The translations under genes and the position numbers were made by a program. The notes under the pieces were generated by a model. The model worked only from the letters and a program-made list of their open reading frames with translations, had not been told where the DNA came from and did not search any database. DNA of 63,442 bases, counting the filler, from Lenisia limosa (lineage: Eukaryota; Protista; Breviatea): the NCBI GenBank assembly GCA_001655205.1. It is 17 parts of 17 records of this genome, joined end to end, with 100 filler letters (N's around TTAATTAATTAA, not from the genome) between each part and the next. Parts side by side here need not be neighbours in the genome. Positions count along the whole stretch, not along the records: positions 43,903 to 57,347 come from LPNZ01011326.1; positions 57,448 to 59,004 come from LPNZ01011557.1; positions 59,105 to 60,449 come from LPNZ01000857.1; positions 60,550 to 62,274 come from LPNZ01009968.1; 13 more parts are not named here. One strand, 5' to 3'. Positions 47,551-60,725 of the stretch are shown here, one piece after another; the first letter of the stretch is position 1, and every line of letters begins with the position of its first letter.

Positions 47551-48096
47551 AGCGGCCCGGAGGGCTTAGGTTGTGTATTAGTAGTCCATGTTTCGGTTTC
47601 TTTCAGTTTGCTTTTTTGGTGTACTTTGTTTAGTTGGTGGGTGTGTCACCGGGATGTATTATTGTGAAATACATTTGTTGATTTCTGTTCATCTGTTCAT
47701 TTCCCATTGTCTGGAAACTAATGGCTTTTGTGCTGTTGAAAGTTGGATGAAAGCGATGAAAGGTATGAAAAAGCCAATTTTGCTGAATTATTAACATTGA
47801 GCACAAAATGACAGAATGACAAACAAGCCAATAAAGCCGCCATATGGAACTGCAAGATTTCAGTCTGTTTTGTGTTACGAATTTACTGACTTCAACTTTT
47901 TGGCGCGCCCATCGACCTTACGCCAAATGTGTATCGGAACCCCAGGTTCTTGGGAATATTAATTTTTAGTTTCAAGTTCAACTATTCAGCCAGCATATTC
48001 TCAGCATATTAAACAAATTATTGAATTATTGAGCCTACTATTGATAATTTAAGGAGATTACGCAGATAACAGCGATGAGATAAGTTGACCGCCAAA

Positions 48097-50169
48097 ATGA
48101 TGTCCTATAAGTACTGGTCTATTCCCGACATCCTTGCTTCTCAAACGGTTGGTTTCGGCATTGGAAGCGAATGGCGGTCTTACAGCTTGTAGTGCGTCTT
48201 CACTACCTTTCAAACGGCTTGCCCCTCAACTGGACAGATCACCAAGTCGCGGAATGGGCCGCAGGAGGTGGGCTTGCGTAATCATGATATTGGTTTACCT
48301 TATTGCTTCGGGTCCTCCAATCATGATATGTTGATGATGGTGGTCGGTGATGTTATTTGATATTCACCACTGCTGTTGGAGTGGTGGGCGACACAAAGCT
48401 TGTTGTTTCTCAAATATTTAGCCAACAGAGTTAATTCCAGCTTATTTTATTTTTTTGCGTGAGCTTTTCCTTTTCACACTGTAGGTGAAGGAAGGCCAAG
48501 CTCTGGCACTCCCCATTTGGCTTGCTCGTCCCCTCAAACAAAATGGTTTGCTAAAATGGCGGATGGAGGGAGGGNNNNNNNNNNNNNNNNNNNNNNNNNN
48601 NNNNNNNNNNNNNNNNNNNNNNNNNNNNNNNNNNNNNNNNNNNNNNNNNNNNNNNNNNNNNNNNNNNNNNNNNNNNNNNNNNNNNNNNNNNNNNNNNNNN
48701 NNNNNNNNNNNNNNNNNNNNNNNNNNNNNNNNNNNNNNNNNNNNNNNNNNCCATGCTGTCCCAGCTTTATATTAATGGAATATTATATTACTTTTACTGG
48801 GAGGAATAATAATTCAACTTTTAACCCAAAGGATACACATCATTATCCTTTGTCACGCCTTCTTATTACTCTCTCTCCAATATTCTTTGTCGAAATGTCT
48901 TTGTTTAGCTGGGGTTTTTGACTTGTCTGGTTCTTGTTTGTTTTCAACCCTCATATTTTGGGCTTTTTTGTTTCACATTTACNNNNNNNNNNNNNNNNNN
49001 NNNNNNNNNNNNNNNNNNNNNNNNNNNNNNNNNNNNNNNNNNNNNNNNNNNNNNNNNNNNNNNNNNNNNNNNNNNNNNNNNNNNNNNNNNNNNNNNNNNN
49101 NNNNNNNNNNNNNNNNNNNNNNGTCAATCTTGGCGCCCGCGTGGAATACTATCACACCGCCGCGAAGGAAATCTCAGAATTGTGGGTGTTTTGAAGTTGT
49201 CTGATTTTGGTGTGTTTTGGGCTTTCTGACTACTCTATTTCTGTTAATTTGCTTGTGTTAACAGGAAAGAGAAAGATCTGGGTTGCCTATATTCATTTGT
49301 TCATTTAATAAAACAAATGGTTGTTCTACCATTTATCTTCGTTCGTCTTTATTCTTGGCAGATCACACGATGTGAAGCCTTTGTTGAGATGAGTCAGTGT
49401 CAGTTTTAGTTTCTAATGAGTCTTTTACTACCTAAAATCTGACATTTTAGAACCGGAGATGAAGACCTAATGAGCATTCTGGAAGAGGTAGGGAGACTAA
49501 TGCCATATCTTGTTCACACCATCGATCTTTGTGCTCTACCACCCCCCCTTCCCCTCCCATTCACAGCTTCTTTTTTAAAATATTATAAACTTTCTTATCC
49601 CGGACGATATCTTAATTGACCGTTGTAGTTCTTAATTGATCATTGTAGGCCTCAGAAACTAGGCGCAAGCGAATTAGGGAGGAAGTCAAAGCCCCCATCC
49701 CGTCCAAATCCTTCTTCAACTTCCTGAGCGCAGAAGAAAAAACACGTGGGGGTCCCAGATTATAACCCAGAGGGGGGGGGGCAGATTATACTCTATTTCT
49801 TCTCCTGAAACGCCCCTTTCTACTTCCTTCTAATCCTTTTCCTCCTCTTTCGTCTGCGGGTAACTCTTATTTCTAATCTGTTTCAATTTTCTATTTATCA
49901 AAAATTGTTTCTTTCGCTGGAGTGATGGGATGCGGTGCTGCAGAAACGACTGGCCTGGGCTTTGTGTGCTTTGTGTTATCAACTCTCGTCTATTATCAGC
50001 CAATAGAGTTGAATTGGGCTTTGTTTTGTTTCATAAATTTTTCAACTTTACCCCCCTCCCCTCAGTCTACAGTGGAGCGCGAAAAGAGGAGCTCACAAGA
50101 CGAGAAAAGAAGGTAGATAAGATGGACCGCATCCACTCATCAAAACTCCTAAGGGAATATGGGTCTTGA
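48097..50169 (+). CDS. GINS3: GINS complex subunit Psf3
   Basis: MMSYKYWSIPDILASQ (Psf3 Y.sidDILA), VKEGQALALPIWLARPL (G.KLELPLWLA), VNLGARVEYY, FFNFLSAEEKTLYSG. Stop at 50167-50169. Confidence 0.8.
49915..50065 (+). mobile_element. Full-length family A copy forming the 3' end of the last GINS3 intron
   Basis: cgctggagtgatgggatgcggtgctgcagaaacgactggcctgggc..cagccaatagagttgaattgggc..cataaatttttcaactttacccccctcccctcAG followed by the exon. About 27 copies or fragments counted by eye in the window. Confidence 0.9.
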
Positions 50170-50726
50170 GACTTCGTATCGGCTTTGGATGTCGTAGAAG
50201 CGACGGTTGTAATGACCACCCAGGATTCTTTATGTATTTTTATCATGTACAACAATTGGAGGAAGGATGAAATACCAACTGAGTCAAAATCATGAGGGTT
50301 CCATCAACATTGTGGGCAATGATTTATGCTTGAAACTCCTAATAATTGCGTTCTTGTCTATGGGTTTCAGATTATTGTTCTTATGTTTTTTTCATCGAAA
50401 TTTCCTTCGTTTTGCTTCCCTTGTATCTATACTCCTACTGACCCCGCCCGCCCCTCTGTAACCTCTATCATTAGTGCAATTAAATTATTGGAAAATTGGG
50501 GGGTTTTCCACCGATATTTGAATTTTACCCCGATAATTGGGTTTTTTTTTTAAAAAAAAATAAATTGAAAATCGGGTTTGGGGGTCTTCGCACTTGCAAG
50601 GCTCAAAAGAGTACAGTTGTATCTTTCAACTTTTCATTAGACCTTACTACTGAATGAAATTCCAGAAACTAAAAATACATCAAGAGGAAACTCATCATTA
50701 AATATACCTGCTAATACATGGGCCAT

Positions 50727-53700
50727 CTACCTGGGGTGTAAGGTTTGATGCTTCACGTCCTCTGTACGCCTTGGGCGGACTAAATGAGCATGCGCGCGGA
50801 AGTGGAGGCAACATCTACGTCAAGAACCAAGTCAACACACCAGCCCGGCTCGCCCTGTTGCACCATGTGAGAAGAGTTGTGTGGACAGAGAAGGGTCATG
50901 AGGATCAGACTTTTTATTGGAATACGATTAATTCGATATGCGTGGTTTTATTGCGACAAAAGTAGCCCCAGACTCTTGTATCTGGCCGAAGCCGTCAACG
51001 CTATCATTAATGAGGGATATGGGGTTATCTGCGTGGGCAAACCGGAATTTTCGATAAAGAGAACAGCTTTTTCACCCCGATAATTGAGGCAAAAGCTTCT
51101 TCTGCAGCCTTCATGGTCAAAAAAGAATATAATCATCAGATCGCATATCGGAATCACTTGTTCGAATTTTTATTATGAGTATATTTTAGATGAAAGTCCT
51201 TACATGATATATATTTTACATCATGATATGAACTTATGTACACTTTTTCTCAATCTCAAGCAAACTGTTGAAAAGAAGAGGAGAATCAACAGAAAAATAT
51301 AAACTGTCCTAAAACTTCACCCCAATTCTCCTTTCGTATGAGTCATGGTTGGGAATGTCAGTATGATATTACTTATCAAGAAGAATGCGAGAGTAAAAGT
51401 TGCATTCCTTTTTACCCAACCTGGAGGGGTGTGGAGTACCTTGAAATTCGGTAGGGGGTCAAGGTTACCAGATCCTAAAAAATCAAATAATTCAAGAAAA
51501 CTGACCATTTCAACGAAATTTCTGCTTCAACAAAATCAACATTTCAACACAATAACTACTTCAACAAAACAAAATGAACCTTTTCAACAAATGAACCTTT
51601 TCAATTTCAAAACACATACTGTTAGCTTCCCACTTCATATCAGAGTTAGTATTACCCCCAAACAAGCACTTTCTCTCTCCTCACCCTCCTCATATTAAAA
51701 GAAAAACGAAAGAAAGGGACCACCCCCCACCAAAGCAGCTGATATTCGCAAGGTTGCTGGGAGTACCGCTGTCCCATCATCAAGGGCGATGCTGCCGACA
51801 ACAACGATGGCCTGTTGGGGGGAGGGGGTGAAACGGAGGAGCCAGTCGGCTTCTGCAGCACCGGGGTGAGGAGTTCAATTAAAAAATTTATGAAACAAAA
51901 AAGTCCAAAATCAACCCTGTTGGCTAAATATTTGTGAAAGAAGTAGTGGGGGTGAGTAGGAAGAGGTGCGGAGAGAAAGGAATAAGACAGTCGGAGGAAG
52001 TACATTGTGAGAACAAATATATGACATTAGTAGGGCTTCCCTACGGTCCGTCAAAATATTGATATTTATCGAGGATTTATCGAGAAATTAAGTCTTTTTT
52101 GAGACGTAGAGAAGCCCTAGACATTAAATACCAACCCTCTTAAAAAGTCTCTGACAGAAGCCTTCTAGCCCATTTTAATGTTATTGTCTAACACTTACAG
52201 AGTTGTCAGGCAAATGATCGAATTAATAGTACTATACTATCATTCAATAACTCTTATAAGCGTGATAGTGTGGACGGCTGCCAGATACAACTTTGTTTTT
52301 ATTTATTTCTCATTGCTATATACGATGAGGGCTCAGTTCGCTCACCTGCTCATTTAGCGGTACTTCACAATGGCAAAACTTGCAGTACTTTGCAAGGTGA
52401 AACTCCGCATCTGTGTTCTCCTGATGGTCAAAAAGGCCACGATATATGTACACACAGATAAGCTCATATAGTAACATAAGGCTCATTTTTTTGAGCTCAT
52501 TATGTATCACCCCAGAAACTGTATCACCGTTTGAAACCCAATAAAGCCCATTCTATTTGATTCTTTAGTGGAATAGATCTTCTTTTGTTTGCTTGGCACA
52601 ACATCAAGCATACCTCAGGGTCTGATAGCTCCTTGAGACATCGGTGATCTAAAAGATCAGAAATCAGAGCACTAGGCTTTCACGGGATACTAGTAGTCAA
52701 ATATTGAGATACATAAGGGCTACGTTCAAATGATTAAGAATTAAAGAAATTTGAAGTGGGAAAAATTGCAACAAGCGCTACATTTCTGACTTTAAGGGGA
52801 ATACTGCACATACGCTATTTGGGGTCGGTAGGGGAGGGATGAGGACAATGTAGTAATATATGATATAAAGTATACAAGGAAGGGGTGGGGGGACAGGGTA
52901 CAAGAACAATGTATGTATATATGACATGCTATATGATACATTATATGCATATGCGCTTTCACATATTCAGCCAAAATGACTTGAAGAGGCTCTTTTACCT
53001 TGCACTTTGCACTTTTTTCAATGTACAAATGTAATTTATTGAAAATTGGGTTATTCAAAAAAAAAAAAAAAACAATCGTTGAGGCATATGATCTAGAATA
53101 GATCCGAACNNNNNNNNNNNNNNNNNNNNNNNNNNNNNNNNNNNNNCATATAGTATATGTACATGTAGGATTCCTCATATTTATCGAGCATCCTCCGATC
53201 ACTAGATCACGGCCTACGGATATAGATGAGAAGTAGGGATCAACTTTTCCAAAAAAAAGAGGTAAAATATCGATTGTGTTCGAGGATTTATCGAGAAATT
53301 CAAGCCCTAGAAGGCTCACGGATATGGATAATAGAAGGTCCGGCGGCAACGTGAGTGATAGTCGCAACTGAAGCTCCATAGTGAAGGGGTTCCTGGGGGG
53401 GGGGGGGANNNNNNNNNNNNNNNNNNNNNNNNNNNNNNNNNNNNNNNNNNNNNNNNNNNNNNNNNNNNNNNNNNNNNNNNNNNNNNNNNNNNNNNNNNNN
53501 NNNNNNNNNNNNNNNNNNNNNNNNNNNNNNNNNNNNNNNNNNNNNNNNNNNNNNNNNNNNNNNNNNNNNNNNNNNNNNNNNNNNNNNNNNNNNNNNNNGG
53601 GAGCTTCGCCAAAGGGGAACGCGGGGAAAGTTCAGGCGTTCGCAAAGCTCCTCGGAGGAGAGAAACTGGATGTAAGAGAACAAGGGGGTGCAGCAAGTTG

Positions 53701-56700
53701 TCCTCAACTCAAATTTCAATTCGATATCAATCCACATCCTCCATGCTCACTATTAACGGCGGAGGCCGCCTTCTGGTCGTCAACAATTAGGGTAGGGGCT
53801 GGGTTGTTTGCCTCTTGACTCATCTGAACGTGAGCGAGGAAGGAAACGCAATCAATTCATTGAACTGGTATGTTAGTTTTCTGTGTTAGAGTTGATCTCC
53901 TATGTTTTCTTGTGATGCTATGTCATAGTTTCTTAAAACAGCTAAAATATGTCCCATTATAAGATTGATCCAACAATTTTCGATATTTTCTTGTAAAATT
54001 TTAAATAAACTCAAACCAACGCCACCACCCCACAGAAACCAACGCCACCACCCCACAGAAAAAAAGAACCAAAACTGCCCGTTTACCTGGGCATTTATGA
54101 CGACAATACGATGCCCGGGTTCCAGGCCAGGGGCGATACTATCCCACGCCGCCGCGCTGAGAACCGCAAAACTCGTGCTTTCGCCTTCGCTCAACTGAAT
54201 CCATCCGCCGTCCTGGGGGTNNNNNNNNNNNNNNNNNNNNNNNNNNNNNNNNNNNNNNNNNNNNNNNNNNNNNNNNNNNNNNNNNNNNNNNNNNNNNNNN
54301 NNNNNNNNNNNNNNNNNNNNNNNNNNNNNNNNNNNNNNNNNGTTTCACTTCGGTTCGAAAAAAGACTGAATTTCTCGATAAATCCTCGAGAACTATCGAT
54401 ATATTACCGGTCTTTTTTGAACCAAAGCGAAGCCCTAGATGTAATTGCCCAATTACACACTCCTACATCCACCCCACATTTCCCCCGGGTGCTGTGGGGT
54501 ACCTCTCCAGCTGGGTGGCGACAGCGATGACAGAAACGCCCAGGCCGGCCTCGGGAAGGGACAGCACCCGACGGGGGTCGGCTNNNNNNNNNNNNNNNNN
54601 NNNNNNNNNNNNNNNNNNNNNNNNNNNNNNNNNNNNNNNNNNNNNNNNNNNNNNNNNNNNNNNNNNNNNNNNNNNNNNNNNNNNNNNNNNNNNNNNNNNN
54701 NNNNNNNNNNNNNNNNNNNNNNNNNNNNNNNNNNNNNNNAATTTAAGGGGTGACAAGGTTATTAAGCAAACAAAAAAAAAACAGACTCAACTCTAATGAG
54801 CAACACACACGGGTTAAAACATCAAAACAAAGCACAAGCATGTCGCTTCTGTGCACAGTATCCCATCACTCCAGCGAGGGGGAGGAGAGGTGAAGGGGAC
54901 ACTTTATGGCAGAGAGAGTGAAAAAGAGTAAAATGAAATAACAAAATAAACTCCGTTGCTCAACATTTGAAATTGATTTCAAGTGTGACCCTCATTATTG
55001 GGGTAAAGGTAGTAGAACTGAATCACCTCAAAAACTCTGGCAAAAAAATAACAATAAGGAGAAGGCAACATGAACTGAACTGAACTGAACCCCATACCAA
55101 TGCACTAGGCTTTCTAGAGAGCAGAAAAAGGGTCCCGGGAGTAGTGTGGAGGAACAATCTTCCCGAGGGCTGAAGGTAGGCTACAGGGAATAGAACCGCC
55201 AAAACATCATTCTGGGGGGGGGGCAGTAAAAATAGACTAAATAAGGTTGTATTGGCCGAAGCCGTACACACCATCATGCTTATAAGAGATATTGGATTAC
55301 AGTGTAATACTAATTCACCCAATCATTTGCCTTACAACTCTATGACACAGCTTTCTGCTTGCCTCCCCTGCATACTGCAGATATACATGAACATGATATC
55401 TAGGGCTTCACTTCAGTTCGAAAAAAGATTCGATTTCTCGATAAATCCTCGAAAACTATCGATTTATTTCTACGGTTTTTTTTTCGAAAACTGAAAGCTC
55501 TAATGATATATTATATATATTATATGATATCTATATGATATCTAATTATATAATATATTATTATACATGAATATTCAGTGACAAATCCAGTTATTTTGTC
55601 CCGAAATGAAGCCCGGACCAACATAGGATATGAGGGCAGCCAGCGGTGCGAGATTTCTGTCAATTACCAGGATAACCTCCCGAGTGCCTTTGGGGGCGGC
55701 GTCAGACCTGGATCATTACACTAGATCATAGATCAAATTACTTTGGATCATTACATTGGGATCATTACACTAGATCATAGATCAAATTACATTGGGATCA
55801 TTACACTAGCAGACAATATATTGTCCCCTCCACTAGAGACAGCGGAATTAGGGCTTCACTTTCGTTTCAAAATAGACTTCATTTTCGATCCTTGATAAAT
55901 CCTCCATAAATCCTCTCAATAAACTCGATAAATCCTCGACAAATATCGATATTCTATCAGTGTTTTTGCAACAGAAAGTGAAGCTCTAAACAGAATACCA
56001 CCTGCCCCCCTCCCACGTCCACTGGAGACAGCAGAAAGCTACCTGGCCCGGGCTCAAAACAAGGCCGATATCGTCTTTTGAGATCTGGAGCGCGTCTGAT
56101 TCGAGCTACAGGGGTCACGGCTTGGGTTTGGGCGTTTAAAGTATGGTCTCAGATCAGAAATTTGGCTCATTCGGGTGCCAAAATCTACCTCACAGTTCTT
56201 TCATAAGAAGAAATATGTTAATTGTTTTATTTCATATGATATCCATTCACCTTAAAATAAATTTCGAAAGTGGTAAAAATAGATTTTGTTTGCGTGTATC
56301 ACTTTTAATTTCGAGAATTTTTTAAACAGCATCTGTTACAATTCTCTGATTTGAAAACCTGCTTTAATATAAGTTCCCATGCATCTGAGTGGGGTATCAT
56401 AGCCAGAAAATAATGTGGTATTATTGTGGAATTTTGAAATTTTAAGTAAATATATCAGATCATATTGTAACGAGAATGGCATTTCAGATACTAAAACACT
56501 GAAAATCAACAATCGAATTTTGAAAATAAAAAATTCCAAATATTGTGGTATCAATGCTACAGCCCGCAAACACAAAGAGTGAAGAAGTTGTTGTAGGACT
56601 TAGCGTCGCTTGTCTGAATCTGGTTGACATCTGAATAAATGAGGTTTCTATCCATAATTATCAAGAGGAGAAATGCTCAATGGTGACTGAAGTGCCCTAA

Positions 56701-56876
56701 GGCGGAAGAAATTGAAGTGAACAGGAAAAAAAAAGAAAAATGAGTAAAAAGCGAAGAACGAAAAACAATAGATACAATAAGATCAAGAAGATACAATAAG
56801 ATCAATACAGAACACGCCTACCCATCCTAGGTATCGGAAGTTCCACGAGACCCGTGTTCTTAGCCAATGACTCCAT
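50727..56876 (-). CDS. Multi-OB-fold ssDNA-binding protein, CTC1-like
   Basis: OB-like exons VSVIAVATQLERY..GGWIQLSEGESTSFAVLSAAAWDSIAPGLEPGHRIVVINAQ. C-terminal YCKFCHCEVPLNEQ-AIVVVGSIALDDGTAVLPATL resembles the CxxC..(E/D)DGT C-terminal OB fold of CTC1/RPA1-type proteins. The 3' end is uncertain. Confidence 0.5.
52031..52119. mobile_element. MITE family C copy
   Basis: TA-GGGCTTCCCTACGGTCC..GAGACGTAGAGAAGCCC-TA with the family core. Further copies at 13788-13881, 27580-27668, 30088-30176, 42381-42465, 43420-43505, 44455-44546, 54342-54437, 55401-55502 and 55849-55988. Confidence 0.85.
55708..55809. repeat. Compound tandem repeat in intron
   Basis: ggatcattacactagatcatagatcaaattac occurs twice, interleaved with ggatcattacatt units. 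Confidence 0.8.
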
Positions 56877-57496
56877 CTGCCAATCGTTAGGATGTCGATA
56901 AAGCTGGCTTTAGTGGTAAGATAATTGATAGTTTAGGGTTGTTAAAAAGGTAAATGCTAGTGGTGAATTAGGGTGGTCATCCAATATAATATAGCTAATA
57001 GTATGTTATACATATACTACTACATATATATATTACTATCATATAGACTATGTAAGTATATAGAATTAGGTTTTCCCATGGGGGTGGGTGGTCGCTACAG
57101 CGACCGAAAAAAAATATATACACAATATATAATTACACCCATGGCATTGCGTCAGTGGGGTCAGTAGTATATATATTTAAGATGTTAATTTTGATGTAAA
57201 TGAGAGTTCACCGATTGAAGTTTTTAAACTGTCAGAAATTCGTGATATGACCGATTTCCCATTGGTTTTGGACAACTATCGAAAATACTACGAAACAAGT
57301 TTGAATATATATTATTTAAAAATTGCATGGAAAAACAAAGATGTGTANNNNNNNNNNNNNNNNNNNNNNNNNNNNNNNNNNNNNNNNNNNNTTAATTAAT
57401 TAANNNNNNNNNNNNNNNNNNNNNNNNNNNNNNNNNNNNNNNNNNNNAAGTAGTTGTATATAAAAGTATATATAAATAGTTAAAATTAACAGATAC

Positions 57497-58130
57497 GAAC
57501 CTTGTTTGGTTGAACTTGTCAATTGCTCAACCCAAGATGCGCTTTTCCGCAGGTGTATCACAGTTGACAAAGGTAAAAACAAATCGTGGCCAGATTGGCT
57601 CATGCACATCTGCAGAATATATTAAAGGACAGTAGGTGGAGGTTTCAAGTTTGTTTTACCACTTCCTCCCCTTTCTTTCTTCACAAATCAGAGCAAGTAT
57701 CTTTTCCGACAGCAATTTGATTACCAGTGTTACTGCTACAGGGTTGAAATTTTATGTAAGTTGAGGTTAATTACTTCCCTCTTTTGTATGCAAAGCAGAT
57801 CNNNNNNNNNNNNNNNNNNNNNNNNNNNNNNNNNNNNNNNNNNNNNNNNNNNNNNNNNNNNNNNNNNNNNNNNNNNNNNNNNNNNNNNNNNNNNNNNNNN
57901 NNNNNNNNNNNNNNNNNNNNNCTGCCACTTCTGAGACCGCTACCCTTTATTGCACATAGCAATCTAAAGAGGAAAAGTATCCGGTTTTGGAGTCCAAATA
58001 GTATCATTTTTCTAAAGAGCTGTATACTAGTACAAATTAGTGTTGAGGTACCGAATGCACTTACACATTCAGATGGAGAGAAGTTCAACTCAGCAGCATG
58101 GTCACCTTCTATGATAGACCTGAATGGACA
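57497..58130 (-). CDS. Possible hypothetical protein exons
   Basis: Short AG/GT-bounded blocks SIIEGDHAAELNFSPSEC and SNTGNQIAVGKDTCSD. Joining not resolved. Confidence 0.3.
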
Positions 58131-59272
58131 GTGGGGTGGGGTGGAGTATTATGTTTGAGTTTGGGGTAACANNNNNNNNNNNNNNNNNNNNNNNNNNNNN
58201 NNNNNNNNNNNNNNNNNNNNNNNNNNNNNNNNNNNNNNNNNNNNNNNNNNNNNNNNNNNNNNNNNNNNNNNNNNNNNNNNNNNNNNNNNNNNNNGAAGGA
58301 AACCCGCAATACAAATATGTGGGCAGAAAACATTTAAAGACCTTCACTTACAGAATTTGTAATACAGCGGTCTATTTCATAGAATTCTCTTCTGGTTTAA
58401 ATATTGCTCACCCATACTTTCCCCTTTTTATTCCCCCAAGCTTGGCTTATGGAAGAATGAGGAGGCAGTTTCAAGTGAGAGGTGTCTGTTTTAATGTAAT
58501 GTAAAAATAAAAAACCAAAATATTTACTGTTTTTTAGCGTGTCTATGGTCCCCCCTTATCCTCACCCCACAACCAATAAGGTTTGTGAATCAGATCACAT
58601 ATCAAAAATACTACTTGTTTTTTGAGCAATATACTACATTATAAATCTAGGGAAACAAATACATATTATATATCGATATATATACACATATCATATGTGA
58701 TATATTGCTCTAGTATAATTATATTGCAATGTACAAGAGGCAGTTTTTCACAGTTTAGTGTTTTTGCTGTGGTAAAGGCTGAGGTGATTACGCTCTACGC
58801 CATAAGGTTGGATCTTTGGTCACTTCTCTTTCTCTCTTTTCTTTTTTCTTAATCGTATCGAACGAAGATTATTATTTTGATAGATTATTGGGAAAAGTTA
58901 AACCCCACCCAATTATTTATTAAGGTCCGGAGTTGATTCCACGAAGTGTGGCCTCTATCCTGACTTTTCGAGGCCCGGTGAAACAGAAGAGAGTGAGCTG
59001 GGGGNNNNNNNNNNNNNNNNNNNNNNNNNNNNNNNNNNNNNNNNNNNNTTAATTAATTAANNNNNNNNNNNNNNNNNNNNNNNNNNNNNNNNNNNNNNNN
59101 NNNNCAACAAAACAAACATTCCATCACTCCCGCGTAAATATACAGGTAATTAGGCATGTAAAAGGAACAGACAGCTGTTTTAACTGGTGAAAAAAGAAAG
59201 CAATAAGACAGGAAGGAAGAGGAAACAAAGAAGGCTATGCTAAAGACCCCACCGTGAAGGTCAGGGTAGCCA

Positions 59273-60449
59273 CCTGCAGGATAGAGGCAGACTGTCGTAA
59301 CGGCTTGCCAATAAGGGCTCTGGGCGGTAAGGGGGGGGGGTTAGAATCAAATCAATAACAGAGGAGGGACCACCCGTTACCTGAGCCCGTCGCAGTAGTC
59401 CACAAAGTCGTCGACAACCGGGATGATGACGCCTTGGAACAAACTCTCAATAATAGGGCTGGAAACAGTGAGAGAACAACGCCAATGTTCATTTGTTCCT
59501 TCATAGTCCCAAGGCAAACTTCCTCCATCATGAGGACTTAATAATTCACTCTCCCCCAGCCCACTCGTTTTCCGCAGGTTTCGCACGTTTTGATACGAGT
59601 GCCACACAAGTTGCCTTGTCAAATGTCGCTTTTTTCAACTAAACGGTCACGCAAAAACTGCTTGGGTGATTTATGAAACAATACAACTGGCTAGCTTCTA
59701 AAAAAACGTCATTCTTGGAGAAGTGACCCCTCGATAAACAGCAGGGAAACCTGTGAACGCCCCTCCCATACATTAGCCACTCCAGGGCACTGGGACCCTG
59801 CTGAGAGGTCCACCAGAGTATGTGTTCGCACAGAGTAGGGCAGAATCTCCTCCTCGTCAGCTGGAGGGTGAGATGGGAATGCAGTGCGAAACAAAAACAA
59901 CAAAAACAACTTTGGACAATCAAAAAAAGAATACATTTGAAGGGTCCCGACAATTCCCACCACGTTTTGACTCCCCTCCCCCCGCACCAGGGTTATAGAG
60001 GCCGTAACGCAGTTCGGTTCCTCCCTCCGAGAGTTTTACCTTGATTTTGGAACTGTGTCCCTTCCCGCTCGCAATGGTGTGTACAATGACTGCAGGGTAA
60101 GTGGTTGGTTTTACAGGAAAGCCTGGAGAGCAAATATAAATACAGCCTAATGTATTAAACTAGAGGTCCACGCATATACAATATTATCAACCCTTAAAAT
60201 CTTCAAAACATGATGGCTTCAATGAGGCATAATATGATATTTAATTATTTCCCATTCCTACATGATTTGCATATAATTCCCCCCCTCACTTCCGCTTTTC
60301 AGTGACGTTATTTTTTGCTGACGAACAATCTCAAATACCTGAACAAGACCGTCAGATCAACACAAACAAGTATCAGCACAAAACAAAATTTCGTCCCCCC
60401 CCCTCCCCCGGGATGCGTACCTCCGGCTTCAGTTTATCGGTGACCTGGC
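59273..60449 (-). CDS. Hypothetical protein fragment
   Basis: Exons PIIESLFQGVIIPVVDDFVDYCDGLR-ALIGKPLRQSASILQ with canonical splice sites. Upstream exon frames are ambiguous. Confidence 0.4.
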
Positions 60450-60725
60450 NNNNNNNNNNNNNNNNNNNNNNNNNNNNNNNNNNNNNNNNNNNNTTAATTA
60501 ATTAANNNNNNNNNNNNNNNNNNNNNNNNNNNNNNNNNNNNNNNNNNNNGCCCTTGATGCTTATGCGTTGGGGGGAGGGGGGTCAGAATGGGTGGAGTTA
60601 AAATTGTTTTTTTTCCCACCCATTTAAAATATTATATTGTTTTTCGAAAACACTTCCATATCAATCTCGATTTTGTTTTAAGATAGTGTTTTACTCTTCA
60701 ATTTTCCGTTTTTACCCCCACCCCA

